Notes: generated from the letters alone by a model not told the origin. 64,000 bases of DNA from a virus (IMGVR_UViG_3300025648_000015:32001-96000), one strand, 5' to 3'; counted from the first letter of the stretch, positions 20,502 through 31,503 are shown. Program-made: numbers and translations.

Positions 20502-21766
20502 GTGTTACAGGAAATCCATATGATAAAAAAATGGGCGTTATTAAAGTACGCCTTACATCACTTCCACAACTTCATCCTTTTAGCCTAGCAAACAATGCTG
20601 CACAAAATTATTATTGTCTAGCTTTAGACACAAAAGGTTTTCAAGTTGAAATCGATCTCCAAGCTATGCCACCAGGAGTTACACTTGCTCAATTACAACC
20701 TAACCAAGTTTGGTGGGTAGAAAAAAGAACAACATTATATAGGTTATATCTATACGGTGGCATATTTGATAGCACAAAAAATCAAGTAGTTAGTACAACA
20801 CCTCTACCGAGCAGTGCAGCAACAGGAGGAGTACCTGCAGGAACGCTTCTTGATTTTGCTGGCCCTGTTGCACCATCTGGGTATCTTCTATGTGATGGAT
20901 CTAGTTATTCTACAACTACATATAGTGGTCTATTCAATGCCATTAGTTATACATGGGGTGGAACTGGATCTAGTTTTAACGTACCTGATCTTAGAGGTCG
21001 TACAACGATTGGTGCAGGCAGTGGTACAGGGCTTACCCTTAGAGCTTTAGCTACTTATAGCGGTGAAGAAACTCACGTATTGGTATCTGGAGAAACTCCT
21101 TTAGTAGCTCACTCCCATGGATTCTCAGTGCCTGCACAAACAGGCCTTACAACTAGTACAGGAACTAGCAATACTGTCAGTTTGAATACAGCCGGTGGAT
21201 CTACTGGTTCAGGATCTACAGGAACTGGTACTACCAATTCAACTACTACTGTGGCAGGTAGTGCTAGTATTAGTTCTGGTACTACAGGAACCGGTACTGC
21301 TAATATTAGTGCTAGTACAAGTGTAAGTATAACAGATCCTGGTCACACACATAGTGCTGGATCTTATGCTTTTATGGTATACAACACTACTGGTGGTGGA
21401 AACCTTTATGGTACCGGAACCCCTAGTAACCACTTTGGTACTGCTAACCCAACTCAATCTGCAACAACAGGTATTACTTCTAGTGCTACTACTTCTGGTA
21501 GTGACTCTGGTCACACTCACAGTCTATCTGGTGTTAGTGTTAGCATCCCTTCACTCACCGTTAATGGTGCTACTATACCTGCACTTTCGATTCCATCTCT
21601 TTCTATTGCTTCTCAAGCAGTTACCGGTAGCGTATCTATTCCTGGTCTTGCTTTTACAGTGCCTGCCCAAACGGGGCTTACAACCAGCGGAAACACCGCT
21701 ACAACAGCTTCTGGCCACAATAATATGCAGCCATATGCCGTAGTTACCAAGATCATCAAGTATTGA
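20498..21766 (+). CDS. spike-position protein fused to phage tail collar domain and HxH-containing fibre needle
   Basis: VPAGTLLDFAG..APSGYLLCDG...FNVPDLRGR collar domain; HSH/HTH motifs; HNNMQPYAVVTKIIKY terminus. Confidence 0.8.
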   Translation: MSVTGNPYDKKMGVIKVRLTSLPQLHPFSLANNAAQNYYCLALDTKGFQVEIDLQAMPPGVTLAQLQPNQVWWVEKRTTLYRLYLYGGIFDSTKNQVVSTTPLPSSAATGGVPAGTLLDFAGPVAPSGYLLCDGSSYSTTTYSGLFNAISYTWGGTGSSFNVPDLRGRTTIGAGSGTGLTLRALATYSGEETHVLVSGETPLVAHSHGFSVPAQTGLTTSTGTSNTVSLNTAGGSTGSGSTGTGTTNSTTTVAGSASISSGTTGTGTANISASTSVSITDPGHTHSAGSYAFMVYNTTGGGNLYGTGTPSNHFGTANPTQSATTGITSSATTSGSDSGHTHSLSGVSVSIPSLTVNGATIPALSIPSLSIASQAVTGSVSIPGLAFTVPAQTGLTTSGNTATTASGHNNMQPYAVVTKIIKY

Positions 21767-21799
21767 TGTATAAAAAGCCCTATTTTGCCTAAGATACTA
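21767..21799 (+). promoter_or_regulatory. candidate phage late promoter giving a leaderless mRNA
   Basis: TGTATAA-N13-GCCTAAGATACT followed directly by ATG 21799, which has no SD. Confidence 0.6.
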
Positions 21800-22251
21800 T
21801 GAAGACTATAACAGTTAGCAACGGTGATATTAAACTTAGTACAGGAAAAATACAGTTTTCCACAGGTAATGCTAAGTTAGTACAAGACATATCTTTATGG
21901 CTAAAAGAACCCATTGGCACTGGATTCACCACGCCTAACTTTGGTAGCCTATTGCCACAATTGGTTGGTGGGACACAATCTGCATCAACCATTAGTACAG
22001 TAACAAACGAAATCATTCGCGTATTACAACTATACCAGGGTCAACAAGCATTATATCTACAACAAGCACAAAATACAGCACAGCTTGCCAACTGGAATAA
22101 AAGTGAAATTATACAAAACATTGTATCGGTAAATGTATCGATACAGAATACAACAATATTTGCCGCTATTGCTTTAAACACTTTGAATAACAATACGGTA
22201 AATCTTAATCTGACGATCAATAGCAACGGAGTGAATATAACTAATGGCTGA
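21799..22251 (+). CDS. baseplate wedge protein, T4 gp25/P2 W-like
   Basis: KLVQDISLWLKEPIG...PNFGSLL motif; upstream of J-like gene. Confidence 0.8.
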   Translation: MKTITVSNGDIKLSTGKIQFSTGNAKLVQDISLWLKEPIGTGFTTPNFGSLLPQLVGGTQSASTISTVTNEIIRVLQLYQGQQALYLQQAQNTAQLANWNKSEIIQNIVSVNVSIQNTTIFAAIALNTLNNNTVNLNLTINSNGVNITNG

Positions 22252-24712
22252 TACCTCAGGAGTTCTCGCTAGGCTACAAGCCGCCCTTTCAGTATACGAC
22301 CCCACCTGGGACGTCAGCGTTGGTACAGCCACGTATAAAATCCTAGAATCTGTTGCAAAAGAAATTGCTCTTGCTAACAATAACTCTGTTCTTCAAACAT
22401 ATAGTTATGATGTTAACACAAAGAATGGTATTGAATTAGATACATTTTGTAACTTGTTTGGTGTTTATCGCCAATTTGGTAAAAGAGCTTCTGGGCTTGC
22501 AACTTTTTCTGTTAATACTCCATCAACTAACATTATTGATATCCCACTAGGTACACAAATTGCTGTACCAATTGGCACTAATTATACGTCTGCAATTTAC
22601 TACGCAACTTCTGCACCAGCAATTATTGGCGTTGGTAGCACATCCGTTGACGTTCCAATCATTGCAACACTACCTGGAGCTTATGGCAATGTACCAACTG
22701 GTGCAATTACTACAAAAGTTAGTTCACTTGTTGGTATTACATCAGTAGTTAACAATAGTGCAATAACTGGTGGTCTTGACCCAGAAAGTGATGCTTCTTT
22801 ACGAGCTAGATGGCAAAGCACAGCTTTTAACAACAACATTGGTACACAAGGTAAGTATATTCTTACTGCTCTTCAAGATCCAAACGTAACTCTTGCTAAC
22901 ACAGTTAGTCAACAGACTTTCTATAGCGAACAACTACAAATTAATTCATCAATCAGTGGAACAGGCAATGCATTTACCATGCTGCTTGTAGCTTATTCTG
23001 GTATGACTAGCGTAATTAGTGGTACTACTTTTAGTGGGACCACAGTCGTTGCAAGCAGTGGATTTACCGGTTCAGTTACTGGTAGTGCGTTAGCTTCTGG
23101 AATAACTGCAATGATCAGTGGTGTTGCACCAAACTATCAAATTGTTGCATCACCTAACTCAAATACTAATACAGTCAATGGAACAGGTGTTTTAATTAAT
23201 TATAGCGCAGGTTTACCATATCGTATAATGATTGGTAGCGGTACTTCTATCCCAGGTGCAAGCGTTACTACCAGTGGCGTTACCACTGTAAGTGGTGTTA
23301 GTTACTATAGTTATATTCAAAGTGCAAACCCTGACATTGGTACTAGCGGTACATTGTCATATAATGGTACTTTTGGTGGATATGTCTACCCGCAGGGTAA
23401 TGAATTAATTGGTTCAAACCTTAATACGCCTTCACAAATAGTATACGCAAACAACACTGATTATTACTATCCTACAAACCCAACTGCCCCTCTAGTAGTA
23501 ACTATTGCAAACAATGCCAACCAAACTGCACTATTTGCTGGCAACCAAATACAATTAATTTCAGAATATTGCCCAGCATCAAGTAGGTCTATAACACTTG
23601 CTAGTGGTAATTTTATTGATATCTTTATTAATGGTACGTCAGCTTCTTCAGCAACTGAACAAGTTGTTTTTAATCCATCATTTACTTTAAGTTCAGGCAA
23701 CGCGATTGCTAGTCTAAACACTGTTAACTACACATTGGCTAGTGGTGCTGTAGCAACTACAAACTCAACAATTGCTAATGATATTTATATCCCATTAAAC
23801 CAACAACCTGTTATCAACTTCCCATCTCAGTTGTCTACATCAACTAGTGGAATAGCAGACAATATTTATCTTTACAATGTTGGCACAAGTAGTGGTACTA
23901 CTTACCCAATTGCTTTAAATAAATATCCATGGGTAACGTTTACAGGTACGGTTGTATCAGGAGCAACTACGAATGGAACAACATTTATTCCAGTAACAAA
24001 TGCCAATGGTCTATCACAGTTATACCCAGGTTTAGCACTCGCTAATAGTGCAATTGCATCAGGATCTGGTTACTATATTACACAAGTAACATCCAGTGGT
24101 GTTTATGTAAATCAAAATATTACTGCACCATCAGGTACTGCAACTACAGCAGCAATTAGCGGTAAAACTTTAGTTTACCCAATTTATGACACAACAGACA
24201 ATAAAAATAGTGTACTACAAACAACTGGCCTTGCATTTGATGTAACAACGCCACCAAGTGGTTGGCCTGCATTGCCAACACTTATGTCATGGTTGAAATA
24301 CAACCATAATTATAATAGCGATGTAGTTTCTGTAGAAACGTTGGTACAACAAAGTAGACCATTAGGAACAAACACTCTTGTTCACCAAGCAAACTATATC
24401 AACCTGGTTCTTAACCTTAGAATTGTGTTCTCATCTGGGTTTACTCCAACTTCAGTTGAAACAAATATTGCTAATAACCTTGCTACTTATTTTAGTAGTT
24501 TTTATTATCTTGGAAGTATTTCTTTCTCGACTCTTGCAGCTCAAATCCTATCAGTGCCAGGGGTATCAAACGTTAAAGTAACAAGTATTAATACTGTTGC
24601 TTTAGATGGAACAATACTCACTACACAATCTAGTGATTTTAACCTTGCAAGCAACCAATTACCATTGCTTAACGCAATTAACTTTACAGTTAAGGGAAAT
24701 AGTAATTTCTAA
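22244..24712 (+). CDS. baseplate J-like wedge protein with large Ser-Gly-rich insertion
   Basis: LDTFCNLFGVYR...ASG.ATF, GAYGNV..GAIT, GGLDPESDASLRAR, C-terminal ILSVPGVSNV. Confidence 0.9.
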   Translation: MADTSGVLARLQAALSVYDPTWDVSVGTATYKILESVAKEIALANNNSVLQTYSYDVNTKNGIELDTFCNLFGVYRQFGKRASGLATFSVNTPSTNIIDIPLGTQIAVPIGTNYTSAIYYATSAPAIIGVGSTSVDVPIIATLPGAYGNVPTGAITTKVSSLVGITSVVNNSAITGGLDPESDASLRARWQSTAFNNNIGTQGKYILTALQDPNVTLANTVSQQTFYSEQLQINSSISGTGNAFTMLLVAYSGMTSVISGTTFSGTTVVASSGFTGSVTGSALASGITAMISGVAPNYQIVASPNSNTNTVNGTGVLINYSAGLPYRIMIGSGTSIPGASVTTSGVTTVSGVSYYSYIQSANPDIGTSGTLSYNGTFGGYVYPQGNELIGSNLNTPSQIVYANNTDYYYPTNPTAPLVVTIANNANQTALFAGNQIQLISEYCPASSRSITLASGNFIDIFINGTSASSATEQVVFNPSFTLSSGNAIASLNTVNYTLASGAVATTNSTIANDIYIPLNQQPVINFPSQLSTSTSGIADNIYLYNVGTSSGTTYPIALNKYPWVTFTGTVVSGATTNGTTFIPVTNANGLSQLYPGLALANSAIASGSGYYITQVTSSGVYVNQNITAPSGTATTAAISGKTLVYPIYDTTDNKNSVLQTTGLAFDVTTPPSGWPALPTLMSWLKYNHNYNSDVVSVETLVQQSRPLGTNTLVHQANYINLVLNLRIVFSSGFTPTSVETNIANNLATYFSSFYYLGSISFSTLAAQILSVPGVSNVKVTSINTVALDGTILTTQSSDFNLASNQLPLLNAINFTVKGNSNF

Positions 24713-25668
24713 TGGCTGGTAATCTTTTCCCCACTGCTTTGCACTCTACCTTTATACAAAAGGTAAGTAATTTTCCAGATGATATTTATGATTTTAATAG
24801 TGGTGATGACCTCACCACGTTAATGAATATTTTGCTTGGCAACAGTGGTACTGGACAACTTAACAACCTACAGCTTGCTGCAAGGCTTGGTCAGCAAAAT
24901 ATAGAATTTAATAATTTAGATACAATACTTGGATTAATTCTTAATGTAAAAAGAACTGCTCCTGAAATCTATAGTTTTGCTACAAATCCTTTTATTGATC
25001 AATTGACTGATGCTCAATGGCAAGAAATCAGTACAAAAGATGCAAGTTATCGTGAAAGACTTATGGGAGCTGCAGAAGCTTTTCAAATAGGTTCAACGCT
25101 GTGGGGCGTTCTCACTATGTGTGAAGCATTAACACAAACAAAGTTTTATGTTGTAGAAAGTTGGAGAACACCCGGTTATGGAAGATCGGGCGTTAACCCA
25201 GCCCAAGAAATAGTTCTTATTCCTTTAATGGATTCTACTAACAATAGTGGTTTCTTTACTTGGGATCAAAGCAAAGTTAATACAATTTTGAATACTATAA
25301 AGTATTTTACATTTAATAATTTTGTAATTAGCTTTGGTTCGCCTATTAATACACTTACTCAAATTTCTGGAAACTACGTAGCAACTAACGGTGGTTATTC
25401 AGAATACTTTCATTTGCAAACATCTGTGAATGCAAACGGTTTGAACTCACCTGGAAATATACAACCAGGTGCTAACACAAGATATTGGGTAAAGAATAAT
25501 ACAAGCAGCGTAGCTCCACATTTTGCTCACTTGCAAACACAAGAAATAATTATTGACTTAACAGGGAATATTAATTTTGTTAGCAGTACTGATCCAACTG
25601 GTTTCCCAGAAAACAGCGTTGCTCTTCCTTCTATCCAAGTTACATCAACAGTCTATGGTGCACAATAA
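24712..25668 (+). CDS. baseplate wedge protein (P2 I / gp7-like)
   Basis: LDTILG...R, DASYRERL...GST..GV pattern; follows J. Confidence 0.65.
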   Translation: MAGNLFPTALHSTFIQKVSNFPDDIYDFNSGDDLTTLMNILLGNSGTGQLNNLQLAARLGQQNIEFNNLDTILGLILNVKRTAPEIYSFATNPFIDQLTDAQWQEISTKDASYRERLMGAAEAFQIGSTLWGVLTMCEALTQTKFYVVESWRTPGYGRSGVNPAQEIVLIPLMDSTNNSGFFTWDQSKVNTILNTIKYFTFNNFVISFGSPINTLTQISGNYVATNGGYSEYFHLQTSVNANGLNSPGNIQPGANTRYWVKNNTSSVAPHFAHLQTQEIIIDLTGNINFVSSTDPTGFPENSVALPSIQVTSTVYGAQ

Positions 25669-28600
25669 TGCCAATTTTACCAAACAATACAGACCCCTCA
25701 AAAGAATACGTAACGCAATCGGTTAATCCGCCTTTAACTATTGACGGTGTTGTCTATAATAAAATTTATTCACACACTGGTGTAATTGATACTTTATCAA
25801 ATATTCAAAGCACTGGATATTCAGATCCCAATGTAAACATTTTTAATCAATCAAATAGTATTATTAGTTTTGATCCACAACTACAAAAATCATGGATCTC
25901 AAGTACTGATTTTGGTGGACCTACAAGTAATCCTGTAGTAATTACTTACGATATTGTAAATACTACTTATTACAACAATATTGTTTTTGATGTGCTTAAC
26001 GTACCTTGTTTTGTTGAGATACTAGACGAGAATGATAATCCATTGCCCGGTTCCTCAACATTCTCAATTGCCGGTGGTGGAGACATTTACACAACTACTA
26101 ATTGGTTGCGTTTAGAATACAATGCACCAACTAACCCAACACCAGCTACAGTATCAGGTACAAATGGAACAAGTAATTTTACTTATCCATTAACTGGTGT
26201 AAGCGAAATATCTATTCGCATTACAAGGAATAAAACTGTTCAATCTAACTCGGGTAATGGAAATACTTTAACAAATATTGCTTATTCAGTAGGTGTACAA
26301 AACTTTAGTATCAAATTAATTGTTAAAAATAATTCTGATATTCCTGCCGCGGTTGTTAGTGGTTCTAATTCTATTATTACACAAAATCGTTTTAATTTTG
26401 TAGAAACATATTCTTATTCAGTTAATAGTGTTTCTAATATGTTTGTTAATGATTCAACATATTGGAAATGTGCTCCACAACCTGTAAAAGACTCAATCGT
26501 ATATTTTTATATGAAAGTTAGCGATCCAACGCCAAAAACAATTAATAGACTATACATTGATCCATTGTACAGTGGTTGCAAATTTAATGTCTATTACACT
26601 ATTCAATCAACAATTAGTGGTACAGTAGATCCAAGCACTTTCTCTTGGACGCCTATTCAAAGAGATTTTTCTTTAAGAAAAGGTTTATACGATTTACCAA
26701 CCGTAAGCTGCACGTATTTAAAAATTGAATTTATAAAACTTATACCAGAAGTATATGACCTGCCATTGGATTCAATTAATAAAACTATTAATGTTTTTCC
26801 TTATGATGTTGAAAATTACTTCTCTCAACTAGAAGCAAATATTATTGACGGTAATGCAGTAAAATATGCAATTACTAACCCAGGTGCTATTGGTGTTTCA
26901 ACTATCTTAAACCAACAGATTAGTAACTCAACTATCCTGGGTAATGCAACTGCAAATATTGGTAATAATTCTACTTTTCCAAGTCTTGCAAATCTTAACT
27001 CAACACAGATTAATAATCCTACTACACAATCTATAAATACAAGTTCATATATCATTGACCCAAGTATTAGTTACAAACTATTAGATTCTAATGGTAATTA
27101 TAACTATAGTTCATATAATGAATTCCTTCAAAGAAGATTTCCAGACAATCGTGTCCATGTTTATAATCAAGTAAACATTAATCAAACTTGGCACCAAGCC
27201 TACTTTACTGGTATTAGATACATTACTTCATTTTTTGAAAATAATTTTGATGATCTACGTGGAACACCACAAAATTTTATTTCAAGCAATGGATCAAACA
27301 CAGGATTCTCTAGCCAAGGTGTTGATTACATTAACCTTAATGTTGACGAAATTGCAGTAACACCATGGTTCTCTACCATTGATAGTTTTAACGCATTTAA
27401 TATTGGTGGTTTAACTACTGACTGGCAAAGTTTTTTAACTCAAGGCAATACAATTAGCAATGATAATACATTGATGAATAACATTAGTGCTGCAACTTTA
27501 AGCACCATGCTCATTAATGCTAGCGGTACAAAAATAGGTACGCTTGGTACAAGTACTATTTATGCAATATCTGGTCAACCTAATACTCAATATGGTATCC
27601 AATCAGCAGCGTATTCTTTTGGCAATAATATTCTTAATTACTACAACGCTAATTTCCTACCATACTCTGGATCAATTTTAAATTGGTCAGGTCTTGGTGG
27701 TACTACAATAACTGGTACATCTGTAAATTATTATAATCCATCAACGGGTCTTAGTGGCACTGCTAGCGGACTAAGTGTTAGCGGTGGGAACTATACAGCA
27801 GCATTTAACTTTACTATACCAAACGTCAATGCAAGTGGTATCCAAACTTGGCAATTGCAATTTGGTGCACCATCGTTTGGTGTAGTTGGTTATGCAAGCT
27901 ATACACAAGCCGGTGGGTTTAATTACTACTTTTTAACCAATGTCCAAGCTTCTGGTTCTACTAATATTAGTCTAAAAACTAGATTTATTAATCCAACAAC
28001 TAATAATGTAATCTCTGGAACTACTGTGAGTGGTAGTACAGTTGCTGTAACTTCTGGATTTAATATAGCTACTGTTACTGGAACTAATTATAGCACTTCA
28101 ATACCATCAAATACAATTCAATTAGTGATTAGTGGTAGCGCAAGCGTACCATATTCACTATATCAATTAGGTGTTTTCACTCAACCAACTAATAAATGGA
28201 TTGGGCCATCCGACCATAGCAATATGAGAGTTAGTGGAACAGTACGTGTACTATTGCCAAAAAATAATGCAGGAACTTATAGAGCAAGTCTTATTGGCAC
28301 TGATGTATTAGGTAACTTATCTGAACTAGCTTATAAAATTTATACACCAGGAACTATGCCAATAAATACTTGGTTCGATGTAGAACTAGAAGGATTTACC
28401 GGTAGCAATTACGTATCATTCGTAATGGTTATAAGGCAGATTGTACCAACAATTAACGAAATTTTTTATGTAAGTATGCTTGCACCATTCTATCACCCAG
28501 TGCGTTATGAATTTACTAATACACAAAACAACAATATTACTGGAAAAACAGGTTGGTATCCAATCACTCTTGGTGTAAATGATGCAAATAGTTTTATAAG

Positions 28601-28880
28601 TACTGCATCTGGATTACCAGCCAGTGGAATACAAATACGTATGACAGCTCTAGACCCTAATGTTTATGTAACTGGAGTAAGTATTATTCCACAATATAAA
28701 CAAAACTCATATTACTCTAATCTTGATATAAATTACATTGGAGTGAGTAAAACCAATGAAATTAGTTCACGACGTAGTATTAGTAGTAAACCTTATTTTC
28801 AGTTGAATTCTGAATATCATCCAGCTATTTTTAATATAAATAGGATCTCAAGCAATGTAAATCTTTACAACGTAGATTGA
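25668..28880 (+). CDS. large baseplate/virion protein, beta-rich, Ser-Gly enriched
   Basis: 1070-aa ORF at end of tail module. Confidence 0.6.
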   Translation: MPILPNNTDPSKEYVTQSVNPPLTIDGVVYNKIYSHTGVIDTLSNIQSTGYSDPNVNIFNQSNSIISFDPQLQKSWISSTDFGGPTSNPVVITYDIVNTTYYNNIVFDVLNVPCFVEILDENDNPLPGSSTFSIAGGGDIYTTTNWLRLEYNAPTNPTPATVSGTNGTSNFTYPLTGVSEISIRITRNKTVQSNSGNGNTLTNIAYSVGVQNFSIKLIVKNNSDIPAAVVSGSNSIITQNRFNFVETYSYSVNSVSNMFVNDSTYWKCAPQPVKDSIVYFYMKVSDPTPKTINRLYIDPLYSGCKFNVYYTIQSTISGTVDPSTFSWTPIQRDFSLRKGLYDLPTVSCTYLKIEFIKLIPEVYDLPLDSINKTINVFPYDVENYFSQLEANIIDGNAVKYAITNPGAIGVSTILNQQISNSTILGNATANIGNNSTFPSLANLNSTQINNPTTQSINTSSYIIDPSISYKLLDSNGNYNYSSYNEFLQRRFPDNRVHVYNQVNINQTWHQAYFTGIRYITSFFENNFDDLRGTPQNFISSNGSNTGFSSQGVDYINLNVDEIAVTPWFSTIDSFNAFNIGGLTTDWQSFLTQGNTISNDNTLMNNISAATLSTMLINASGTKIGTLGTSTIYAISGQPNTQYGIQSAAYSFGNNILNYYNANFLPYSGSILNWSGLGGTTITGTSVNYYNPSTGLSGTASGLSVSGGNYTAAFNFTIPNVNASGIQTWQLQFGAPSFGVVGYASYTQAGGFNYYFLTNVQASGSTNISLKTRFINPTTNNVISGTTVSGSTVAVTSGFNIATVTGTNYSTSIPSNTIQLVISGSASVPYSLYQLGVFTQPTNKWIGPSDHSNMRVSGTVRVLLPKNNAGTYRASLIGTDVLGNLSELAYKIYTPGTMPINTWFDVELEGFTGSNYVSFVMVIRQIVPTINEIFYVSMLAPFYHPVRYEFTNTQNNNITGKTGWYPITLGVNDANSFISTASGLPASGIQIRMTALDPNVYVTGVSIIPQYKQNSYYSNLDINYIGVSKTNEISSRRSISSKPYFQLNSEYHPAIFNINRISSNVNLYNVD

Positions 28881-28905
28881 TTTTCTCTGTTGTTTATGGT
28901 AATAT
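28877..28905 (+). promoter_or_regulatory. sigma70/SigA-type promoter
   Basis: TTGATT-N17-TAATAT with TG extension; ATG at 28912 is 6 nt downstream (leaderless). Confidence 0.7.
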
Positions 28906-28911
28906 TTACTC

Positions 28912-30771
28912 ATGCCTTCAGAGAAGACTATATATGTTCAAAAGAGTAAATTACTCAATGGAGTACTAAGATACAGCTCCTTGGACCCTGAAGTCAAGAA
29001 AAAACTTTTGATGCTTGATAATTACGGTACTTTAAAAAACCGTGACAGGATTGATGAGTTTGCTCAGCTTGTAGAAAATAATGATTATTCTTTAATTTTT
29101 GAGGATAAAGAAGCTGAAAACGATTTTATAGATTTACAGATGTGCAGTTCTGAACCATATGAAGTTAATAGCCCTTTTTTGGTTGAGAACCATTTATTCC
29201 CTTTTCAGCATGTTGGACTTAATTATGTCTGGAAGCAAATGCTCTCAGAAAACCCACAAGTATTAGTCCAGTGGGATACAGGTGCAGGCAAAACTTTATT
29301 GAGTTGCCTCACTAGCCAGAAACTGTTTGATCATGGTGCCATTGACAAGGTGCTGGTCTTTTCAAAGAAGATCAAACAATACGACTGGGAACAGGAGTTT
29401 AAGCGGATGACACACTTAACTGTTGAACGTGTAACAGAAAAGATGACTCGCAAAGCTCGCCACGCCATGTACGAAAAAAACACTAACCAAGTATTAGTTC
29501 TTAACTACGAAAAAGTACGTGAAGGCAATATGGCTAAAGTGCCAGGCCAGAGAAAGAAAGTTAAGTCCTACGACCGTACAGATTTATTGCAAATTCTGAA
29601 CATGATCAAGGGGCAACGTGTACTTATCATTATTGATGAAGCACAAAAAATCAACAGCGGAGAAAGTCTGTTGGGAGAAGGTTTTCATACTCTTATTAAC
29701 ACACCGGATAGCGAAACAAAAGCTCTAGCATTAACGGCTACACCATATACGACTAGCCCATTGAACATCCGTAATATTTTTTCTGTAGTAGCCCCTGGTA
29801 TTCCTGACGTTAGTGACATGAAACGTGATGTTTTTAAACGTTTTTACGGTAAAGAGTTCAGCATGTATAGCAATGGTTTTGTACAAGAACTATATGTAAA
29901 AGAATGGGATCGTGCAAAACTTTCTTTATTAGGTAAGAAACACGAAAATTGGACTCACATTGCAATGAAAAGCGATCCCATTATTGCTGCACAGTTCCCT
30001 GAAAGCACTCCAAAAAAGCTTGTATATGAACTTTCTGATATTGACCGTGCTATTTATGATTGGGCTGAAGAACAAGCTCGTGAACGTTATAATCCAGATA
30101 ACCAAGTTGCTAACTGGAGCTATATTGACGTACTCCGTATGATTTGCAATACCACTGAAGGTCTTAAAAACAGTAATGGTAAGTTTGCTAAAGAAATTGT
30201 TGCAGAGTTTGGTAATGACATCAGCATCCAGAATAGTGCAAAATATCAGTTGATTATAAATAATCTTGACGTTTATTTTGAAAAAAATGAAAAAGTTGTT
30301 TTGTTTACATATTGGACAAACGGCACTCTATTTCCATATTACGAAGCGTTAAAAGCACAATACCCAGATGTTCTTATTTTGCCTATCTGGGGAGTTGGAA
30401 TGAGCACTGATCAGTCAGCAGAAAACATGAAACTATTTAATGCTGCTAAAGGTCCAGCTGTATTAATTACAAGTGATGTACTCCAAGAAGGTGCAAACCT
30501 TTATGCACCATACCTTTGGAACATTGAAGTACCACGTACATATGCAGATTACAAACAACGTAAAGATCGTATCAATCGTGCCGATTCTCGCTCAAAAGGA
30601 GTTGACAAAACATGGGTATATCGTCCAGTAGCTGTAAATACTATTGAAGAAAGAGTAGATGCAAAAGTTTTGAGACGGAGAGCGGAAGCAGAAGCAATTC
30701 GTGGTATTATAGACGAGCATGCTGACATGGAAGACACTATTGATGTAACACCGTTTGGATTTTTGTTTTAA
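28912..30771 (+). CDS. SNF2-like superfamily 2 helicase/ATPase
   Basis: LFPFQ Q-motif, WDTGAGKT, IIIDEAQK, LTATP, EGANL, QRKDRINR. Confidence 0.9.
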   Translation: MPSEKTIYVQKSKLLNGVLRYSSLDPEVKKKLLMLDNYGTLKNRDRIDEFAQLVENNDYSLIFEDKEAENDFIDLQMCSSEPYEVNSPFLVENHLFPFQHVGLNYVWKQMLSENPQVLVQWDTGAGKTLLSCLTSQKLFDHGAIDKVLVFSKKIKQYDWEQEFKRMTHLTVERVTEKMTRKARHAMYEKNTNQVLVLNYEKVREGNMAKVPGQRKKVKSYDRTDLLQILNMIKGQRVLIIIDEAQKINSGESLLGEGFHTLINTPDSETKALALTATPYTTSPLNIRNIFSVVAPGIPDVSDMKRDVFKRFYGKEFSMYSNGFVQELYVKEWDRAKLSLLGKKHENWTHIAMKSDPIIAAQFPESTPKKLVYELSDIDRAIYDWAEEQARERYNPDNQVANWSYIDVLRMICNTTEGLKNSNGKFAKEIVAEFGNDISIQNSAKYQLIINNLDVYFEKNEKVVLFTYWTNGTLFPYYEALKAQYPDVLILPIWGVGMSTDQSAENMKLFNAAKGPAVLITSDVLQEGANLYAPYLWNIEVPRTYADYKQRKDRINRADSRSKGVDKTWVYRPVAVNTIEERVDAKVLRRRAEAEAIRGIIDEHADMEDTIDVTPFGFLF

Positions 30772-30772
30772 T

Positions 30773-30801
30773 TTGACTCTGGTCCCATATCGTGATATGT
30801 T
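30773..30801 (+). promoter_or_regulatory. sigma70/SigA-type promoter
   Basis: TTGACT-N17-TATGTT with TG extension. Confidence 0.6.
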
Positions 30802-30869
30802 TTATAAACTTAAAGAAGGGAGATCTATTGAAAACTAACTGACCTTATTGTTAGAGAGATAGGATAATC

Positions 30870-31262
30870 TTGAGACGTTTAATTACAATCTCAGTATTAG
30901 CTGTCAGTATGGTTATTAATCATGTTGGAGCTAGCACCCCAAAAGTATTAACAAACAAAGAAACACCAAAAGTGGTTCAAAAGATTAAAAAAGTAGTATA
31001 TCCAGTGATATTGTTTTCTAGGCCAATTATGTTGGCTTGGGAAAAAGTTAACATCTGTGAAATGGGTGGTAACTGGCATTACATAGGCCCCTACTACAGT
31101 GGTGGACTAGGAATGACTAATATTAACTGGATTAAATTTGGCGGTTTAAAATTTGCCAAGAATGCAGGATTAGCAACACCAGAAGAGCAGGTAACAATTG
31201 CTCGTGAGATCGAAAAAAGTGGCTACGTTCCTGACCAATATGGTTGCGGACAAGGCTGGTAG
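30870..31262 (+). CDS. secreted resuscitation-promoting-factor (Rpf)-type transglycosylase
   Basis: signal-peptide-like N-terminus; WEKVNICEMGGNW..YSGGLG...W..FGG...A..ATPEEQV.IA matches Rpf W..(L/V)A.CESGGNW..YGGLQF...ATREEQI. Confidence 0.85.
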   Translation: MRRLITISVLAVSMVINHVGASTPKVLTNKETPKVVQKIKKVVYPVILFSRPIMLAWEKVNICEMGGNWHYIGPYYSGGLGMTNINWIKFGGLKFAKNAGLATPEEQVTIAREIEKSGYVPDQYGCGQGW

Positions 31263-31277
31263 AGGAGAAAATAATAA

Positions 31278-31493
31278 ATGGCAATTAATAAGTATGATCA
31301 GATCCAACGAGACATGATGGACATGATCACCAGTGGTCAGATGCATAGTACCTTGATTGGTAAGACCATTGCTGTGGGCGGAAATAGCCCACGATCACTC
31401 CAAGAAATTGAAGATTTTGTAGAATATATCATAAATTTGCTTAAAAAAGCAGAGCAATTCCGAAAGGATAATGTAAAAAAGAGCAAAAGATAG
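31278..31493 (+). CDS. hypothetical protein
   Basis: 71-aa ORF with GAGGAG SD. Confidence 0.6.
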   Translation: MAINKYDQIQRDMMDMITSGQMHSTLIGKTIAVGGNSPRSLQEIEDFVEYIINLLKKAEQFRKDNVKKSKR

Positions 31494-31503
31494 CTAATGA
31501 AGT

